DNA of 64,000 nt, taken from assembly GCA_965243135.1 (NCBI GenBank), contig OZ251539.1, positions 5,440,001-5,504,000 of the forward strand. The letters are read 5' to 3'. The position numbers and the translations under genes are program-made. The notes under the pieces are model-generated. The model was given only the letters and a program-made list of their open reading frames with translations. It searched no databases and had not been told where the DNA came from. This DNA comes from Alphaproteobacteria bacterium. Its GTDB lineage: Bacteria; Pseudomonadota; Alphaproteobacteria; MPNO01; UBA830. Below, piece by piece: positions 60,701 to 64,000 of this stretch (its first letter is position 1; every line of letters starts with the position of its first letter).

Positions 60701-62761
60701 CCCGAACTCCTGTGCCTTGATCTACAGTGGCAAAATAAAGATCGGATGGTTCCGCTAGATCCTTCGGGAACCCACTCCTTGCCAACGACAACGGGCACCA
60801 AGGCACCATCGAATGATCTGAAAGGAAGGGTTTCTCAACGGGATTCCCTCGACATCCTTCTAGGAAATTACGCCACCTCCGGCCCTGACAGGGCACGGGA
60901 GAAGTTGACGAGGTTGCTAAGCGCTGCATCGGATAGGCTCGGGCCGTACGGAGATGATGCGGATCTTGGCGATCCCGAGTTTATGGCATTTCATGCCAGA
61001 AACCTGCTCGATCCATCAAACTGGAAAAAGATCACGAATTCAAGAAGCTACGGTACGTCGGAGGATGTTTGGGAATACGTTAAAACTCTGGAAGAGGAGC
61101 GGCATCTTGCGCCCGAAATAGAACATGATGCATGGCGAAGAGCGGACATGTTGGTGCAAATATTTCTTCACCACGCGATGGAAAATCCATCTATTTCTTC
61201 ACCGGGTGTGGCAAAAAAAGCGGCGGACTGGGCGAAGTGCCCTGTGCCTTCAACATATGTCGACGACAAGGATGCGGTTTGGTTACGTGATTTGGCAACG
61301 GTTGCCGCAGCCGCGATCATCGTTCGCGATGGCGATGATGAGCTGCTTTCCCATCATCAGGAATGGGCTCGCGGCATTCTTTTGAAGTGCTTGGACGGTA
61401 ACGAGGACCGAAGATCACGGCACCGCGAGCAGTTGCGATTCAATCCAGCTGCAATGGCGTTTGTCGGTGTTGCCCATCTGCTAAGACGTCAAGCAGCGGT
61501 GCGGGATCGTCAAGCTCTTCTTGAGGCCGCCAGCCGGGATGGTCTTTCCGTGGTTCCAGGTTTCCGGGCCGCGAGCGAAGCGTTGGCGGCAATGGATGAA
61601 CGACTGCCTCGGGCGTTGCTGAGAATAGCCTTGGCAGCACGGATCCATCCGTACCGTAGGGCGATCCAGTCGGACCAAAGACCCGTTGTACAACAGGACA
61701 AAAGTCGGCCAATAGCGAACGCGGCAGTGGAAGCGGAACTATCATGGCTGAGTGGTCAACGGAAGGAACCGAACTGGCCTGCTTTTCCCAAAGAGTTGCC
61801 GCTTGTAAAAAATGACAGCTTTAATCCGTTCAAGAATCCGGAACGTCCACCCAACCGTCCGCGACGTCGAGTTAAACATCAGGACGCTGGATCGTGGCTT
61901 AGTTCTGCGTCTTCTCTCTTCGACGTTGCGTCACGGCCATGGCTGAGAAAGCTTGCGGATGCGTACAAGGAATGGACGGCGGTCGCGAACGGATCAGGAC
62001 TGGAACGGGGTGTTCAAATTGGAAACAGGCTTGGGAGGTGGAATTCGGCGTATTTCGATCTCGTTGCTCGTTGTCTGCCCGGGATGGAGCCGAAAGAGGT
62101 GGATCGGCTTGCGTTAACGCCTATACGTTCATTGCCCGATGAGTCATTTTTCCGTGTTGTCAGGCTTTTTTTACGCAGCATTGATGAAGTCTACTTCAAT
62201 AACCGTGGATTGGGGAAAGCCGAAGCTGTTCGTGTTCGGTCGGTCTTGGCGGATCGGCTGATCGGTTGTCGTGGCTGGCACCGTATGCAAAACGAGAGAG
62301 CGTTTTCGGTTGAAATGAACATCGGGCCAGCTATAGCTGCATTCTTTCTAAACGAATATCATGTTGTCGCGAATCCATCATGTTATCTCAGTGTAACGGG
62401 ATTCAACAAACTCGATCCGTTTCTTGGGGTTCTTGAGCGTTTGGCTGTCGAAGCTCCATGTGGATTTGTAGCAGTGGTTTTGCTCAACCTTCTTGAGGTA
62501 TCTCCGAGATCAACGCACTTGTCTTTGATTGTTGCCGCGGCGGAGGCATGGCTTTCGAACCATCTAGGAAACGCCACTTTCTGGATCGACGGAGGAGTTT
62601 CAAAGCGTCTTTGCGGCGTTCTCGAAAAAATTTTTCTCAATAATACTGTAAGTGATTCAGATCAGTGGCGACGAATAGAAAATATAGTCTCTGCGTTAGT
62701 GAGGATCGGAAGTCCGGAAGCCGCTCGATTTGAAAGAGCGCTCAGCGTGAATCCCAAATAG
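57734..62761 (+). CDS. Nuclease-STAND NTPase, AVAST/Avs-like (1675 aa)
   Basis: LDD...IQVK PD-(D/E)xK-like N-terminus, Walker A GDAGVGKS, Walker B LFIDGLD, long helical sensor; somewhat AT-richer than flanks. Confidence 0.85.
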   Translation: MIATNPASSGPAGSLFEGQVGAHYLLRLLKGAESRGLPGARISRVEFQRAAEGHPLDDIVVHAHDRDGKSATLEIQVKRTLTFAQSDQGYRKVVAQIAEAARADHFIESGHEFAIAVGRGTQAIDGPYQDILWWAREMESAEAFIARIDRQGSANRKIREFLQNFRSNLETAGMDSDDGTVWRLLSRLQILRFDFTAQGSSSEAWERESAVQALNPDNSELAGALRDCLIKFAVETAAKGGQTNQDKLRKYVKQQGFRLAGERRYASAFSALTEASRHALADIEDRTGDIRLMRSELVRHVREALDHGGYVEIRGDAGVGKSGLLKHVAQQVMTESAVMVLSSDRAATGGWGAWRAQLNFDGTARELLIELALSGGAFLFIDGLDFFSHDKQSLVIDLVREAAEIPGCKVIATARREFGRGNGDDNWLPEEALKKLGRVPPVWVEELSEAEINDLRESLPGIAPLLADTHPARDVARNLFRLARLVKQPESTQFWRTEIDMAVDWWQTADGDHEGRRDRRRLLSTLAEQALSTVPLNAGGHPAGSIDSLVASQTLRDHGGDDVVFRHDIFRDWAIANFLHSGNGMTIKLPLDRPAPTGLARGVELAARLAVERPDDGVPWRALLAEVSKEGAHASWRRCVLLALVRSEIGPELLSRVSTDLLDDEARLAKELIRTVMAVDTKPLSELLVDSDISASAEAESMPVPYGYSWSRLIHWLLSLGETIPAGMLADVTDLFTTWSIGTFGGPISKDLAKWFYRRLIQDGETPNHISDICTGFLSVCHGEPSLAKQYLQSLMGLSIHHNAVSSVMEHSLSIAKAAPKELAELTISVLCPCESESDDQPPLQFADHVFFPPAPDRGPFLDILTHDSAIGLNLIRRLIDRAVELLSGGEPRHAITVFCTDGERRFTELQSYAWSRERGGASFCLQSALMALELWAHRRIEAEEPVENVLLDVLPSSGGSSAYLLVAVDLLILHWPKSREAVVPFLGCPELLCLDLQWQNKDRMVPLDPSGTHSLPTTTGTKAPSNDLKGRVSQRDSLDILLGNYATSGPDRAREKLTRLLSAASDRLGPYGDDADLGDPEFMAFHARNLLDPSNWKKITNSRSYGTSEDVWEYVKTLEEERHLAPEIEHDAWRRADMLVQIFLHHAMENPSISSPGVAKKAADWAKCPVPSTYVDDKDAVWLRDLATVAAAAIIVRDGDDELLSHHQEWARGILLKCLDGNEDRRSRHREQLRFNPAAMAFVGVAHLLRRQAAVRDRQALLEAASRDGLSVVPGFRAASEALAAMDERLPRALLRIALAARIHPYRRAIQSDQRPVVQQDKSRPIANAAVEAELSWLSGQRKEPNWPAFPKELPLVKNDSFNPFKNPERPPNRPRRRVKHQDAGSWLSSASSLFDVASRPWLRKLADAYKEWTAVANGSGLERGVQIGNRLGRWNSAYFDLVARCLPGMEPKEVDRLALTPIRSLPDESFFRVVRLFLRSIDEVYFNNRGLGKAEAVRVRSVLADRLIGCRGWHRMQNERAFSVEMNIGPAIAAFFLNEYHVVANPSCYLSVTGFNKLDPFLGVLERLAVEAPCGFVAVVLLNLLEVSPRSTHLSLIVAAAEAWLSNHLGNATFWIDGGVSKRLCGVLEKIFLNNTVSDSDQWRRIENIVSALVRIGSPEAARFERALSVNPK

Positions 62762-63040
62762 AGAAGGTGGTATGGCGGTAACCGCCATCCTACCGGTTTT
62801 CGCTTCGACTTGTGCTTGGAGAGCTTCGAGCGAGGGCAGCGCTTTTCCTCGCTTCGGGCACAGTCTCCGGGCAATGCGATCGGTGTCTTGCCGATGGGAG
62901 CGGTCCTGCATGTGGTGTTGGCAATCTTTTCGACCTCGGCGCGGTTTTACTGGCAACCGAGAGCCTCGGTGCGCCGTGGAAAGTCGCTTGCTTCTGGTGG
63001 GTGTACTCACTAACAATGTCGTTCCGGTGCAAGCGGTTTT

Positions 63041-63085
63041 CAGCGTCTGGGACATCCGACGCCTGCACAGGTTCGCGACGATGGG
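63041..63085 (+). repeat. 45-bp remnant homologous to the AIPR gene at 55777-55821
   Basis: 42/45 identical; encodes SVWDIRRLHRFATMG. Confidence 0.85.
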
Positions 63086-63109
63086 ACGAAGCCGTCCGGC
63101 GTGAGGTCG

Positions 63110-63420
63110 GCGGCGCAGGTCGCAGGGAATGCCGCCCGGTGCCATGCCGACGAGTACAGTCGTTCGCTTGGAAAGGCATGACAGGCAGATCTTCACCCCT
63201 TGGGGCAGTCCCTCCTGCAAGCGCGGCCGCCGCTCCGCCATGGAGCGGCGGCCGCGTCGACAACGCCTACGGAGAAGCACTACGTCCGCGGCGCGCCTGC
63301 GGCTCGGCCGCGTGACGGCGGTGGCGCTCGGCTGCCTGCGGGCAGAACGTCAGGGCAGTCGCCGGTCGGCCCGGTGCGCGACACGGGATGACCATTGCGG
63401 TCGGACGACCGCCTTCGTCT
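63110..63420 (+). pseudogene. Decayed transposase C-terminal remnant (homolog of 15190-15620)
   Basis: VVRLERHDRQIFTPWGSPSCKRG; shares GCCGCTCCGCCATGGAGCGGC and ACACGGGATGACC with the reverse complement of 15.2-15.5 kb. Confidence 0.55.
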
Positions 63421-63525
63421 CACTCTCCTGCACCTGGCCGCCTGCGTTCAGGCCACGGCCCAGCTCGCCCCGGGTTCGCGGCGCGGCGGCGCGGTAACCT
63501 CGCATTTGTTCTGAAGACTGAGCGT

Positions 63526-63551
63526 CCGCCCGGCCCTTGCGGGCCGGGCGG
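63526..63551 (-). terminator. GC hairpin downstream of the endonuclease gene
   Basis: 11-bp perfect stem with a GCAA loop on the minus strand; no clear U-tract. Confidence 0.35.
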
Positions 63552-63585
63552 CGGGCCGACAAAAGATGGCGCAGCGCAAACGGAT

Positions 63586-64000
63586 CTAGATTTGACGGTC
63601 CTTGACCAGACCGATGAATTCCGCCACGTCCATCAGCCACCGCCGCTGCTCCGGCGTGTAGGAAACGAATATCGAGCGGGGTACGACCAACTGCAGGTTC
63701 CCGGTTTTCATTTCGTTGGTCTGGGTTTCCGAGATCCCGGGCTCAAGGGTAAGCAAATGCTTTTCCCGAATCCTGTTCGCTTCCGCCAGGACCTGTCTCC
63801 AACGCTCCTTGCAGCTGGTCTTGACGCCGAGCATGGTCAGCAGGTTCGCGTCGAAGACGGGATCGTGGTACTCCGTCTCGCCGGGAAACAGAAAGTCGGG
63901 CCCGAACCGCTTTTCCGTCGTGGCCTCGCGAGTGTAACGGATGCTATGCGCCTGCAAGATCGCTTCCACGTGATGACCGAAGGCGTGCCCCGCGCGGGAC
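63586..64000 (-). CDS. EcoRII-C-type type II restriction endonuclease (5' end outside window)
   Basis: SRAG, PDFLFPG...YHD, MLGVKTSCKERWRQVL.EA.RI..KHLLTL. Confidence 0.9.
   Translation of the reverse strand, partial: SRAGHAFGHHVEAILQAHSIRYTREATTEKRFGPDFLFPGETEYHDPVFDANLLTMLGVKTSCKERWRQVLAEANRIREKHLLTLEPGISETQTNEMKTGNLQLVVPRSIFVSYTPEQRRWLMDVAEFIGLVKDRQI

Noticed and set aside
55777-63085. DGR template/variable repeat pair (AIPR 45-bp match)
   Set aside because: Mismatches are not adenine-specific and there is no reverse transcriptase in the window.
15190-63420. Inverted transposase remnants as ends of one 48-kb element
   Set aside because: Both are heavily decayed internal fragments with no IRs or TSD visible.

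Overview
GC-rich bacterial accessory region. It is best read as a defence island interleaved with host-interaction genes and the wreckage of a mobilisable element. Apparently intact genes: an Mza-like MutL-ATPase/Z1/DUF4420/AIPR operon, a 1675-aa nuclease-STAND (Avs-like) gene, a C5 DNA methyltransferase, an EcoRII-C-type endonuclease (runs off the window), an unknown + PIN two-gene operon, a Slam + TbpB-like lipoprotein (type XI secretion) pair, a membrane-anchored TPR protein, two secreted ankyrin proteins and a MobF relaxase-primase fusion. Broken or switched-off genes: a SIR2-DUF4020 (Dsr1-like) gene and a PLD-helicase/small protein/SMC-ATPase (Pbe/Dnd-like) module, both cut by IS elements; a type IIG R-M gene frameshifted in a C15 tract; a frameshifted Avs3-like gene; and remnants of dcm-vsr, an m4C methylase, a type ISP TRD, the Mza-associated methylase and Mu-like head genes. 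Most interesting: (i) a tandem array of relaxase-tail/ankyrin cassettes with DARPin-like diversification, (ii) a candidate novel unknown+PIN defence or TA pair captured inside that array, (iii) a possible phase-variable IIG R-M gene, and (iv) a surface-lipoprotein 5' UTR made almost entirely of a 13-bp tandem repeat. All family names come from motif recognition by eye, not database searches. No tRNA, rRNA or CRISPR array was seen.
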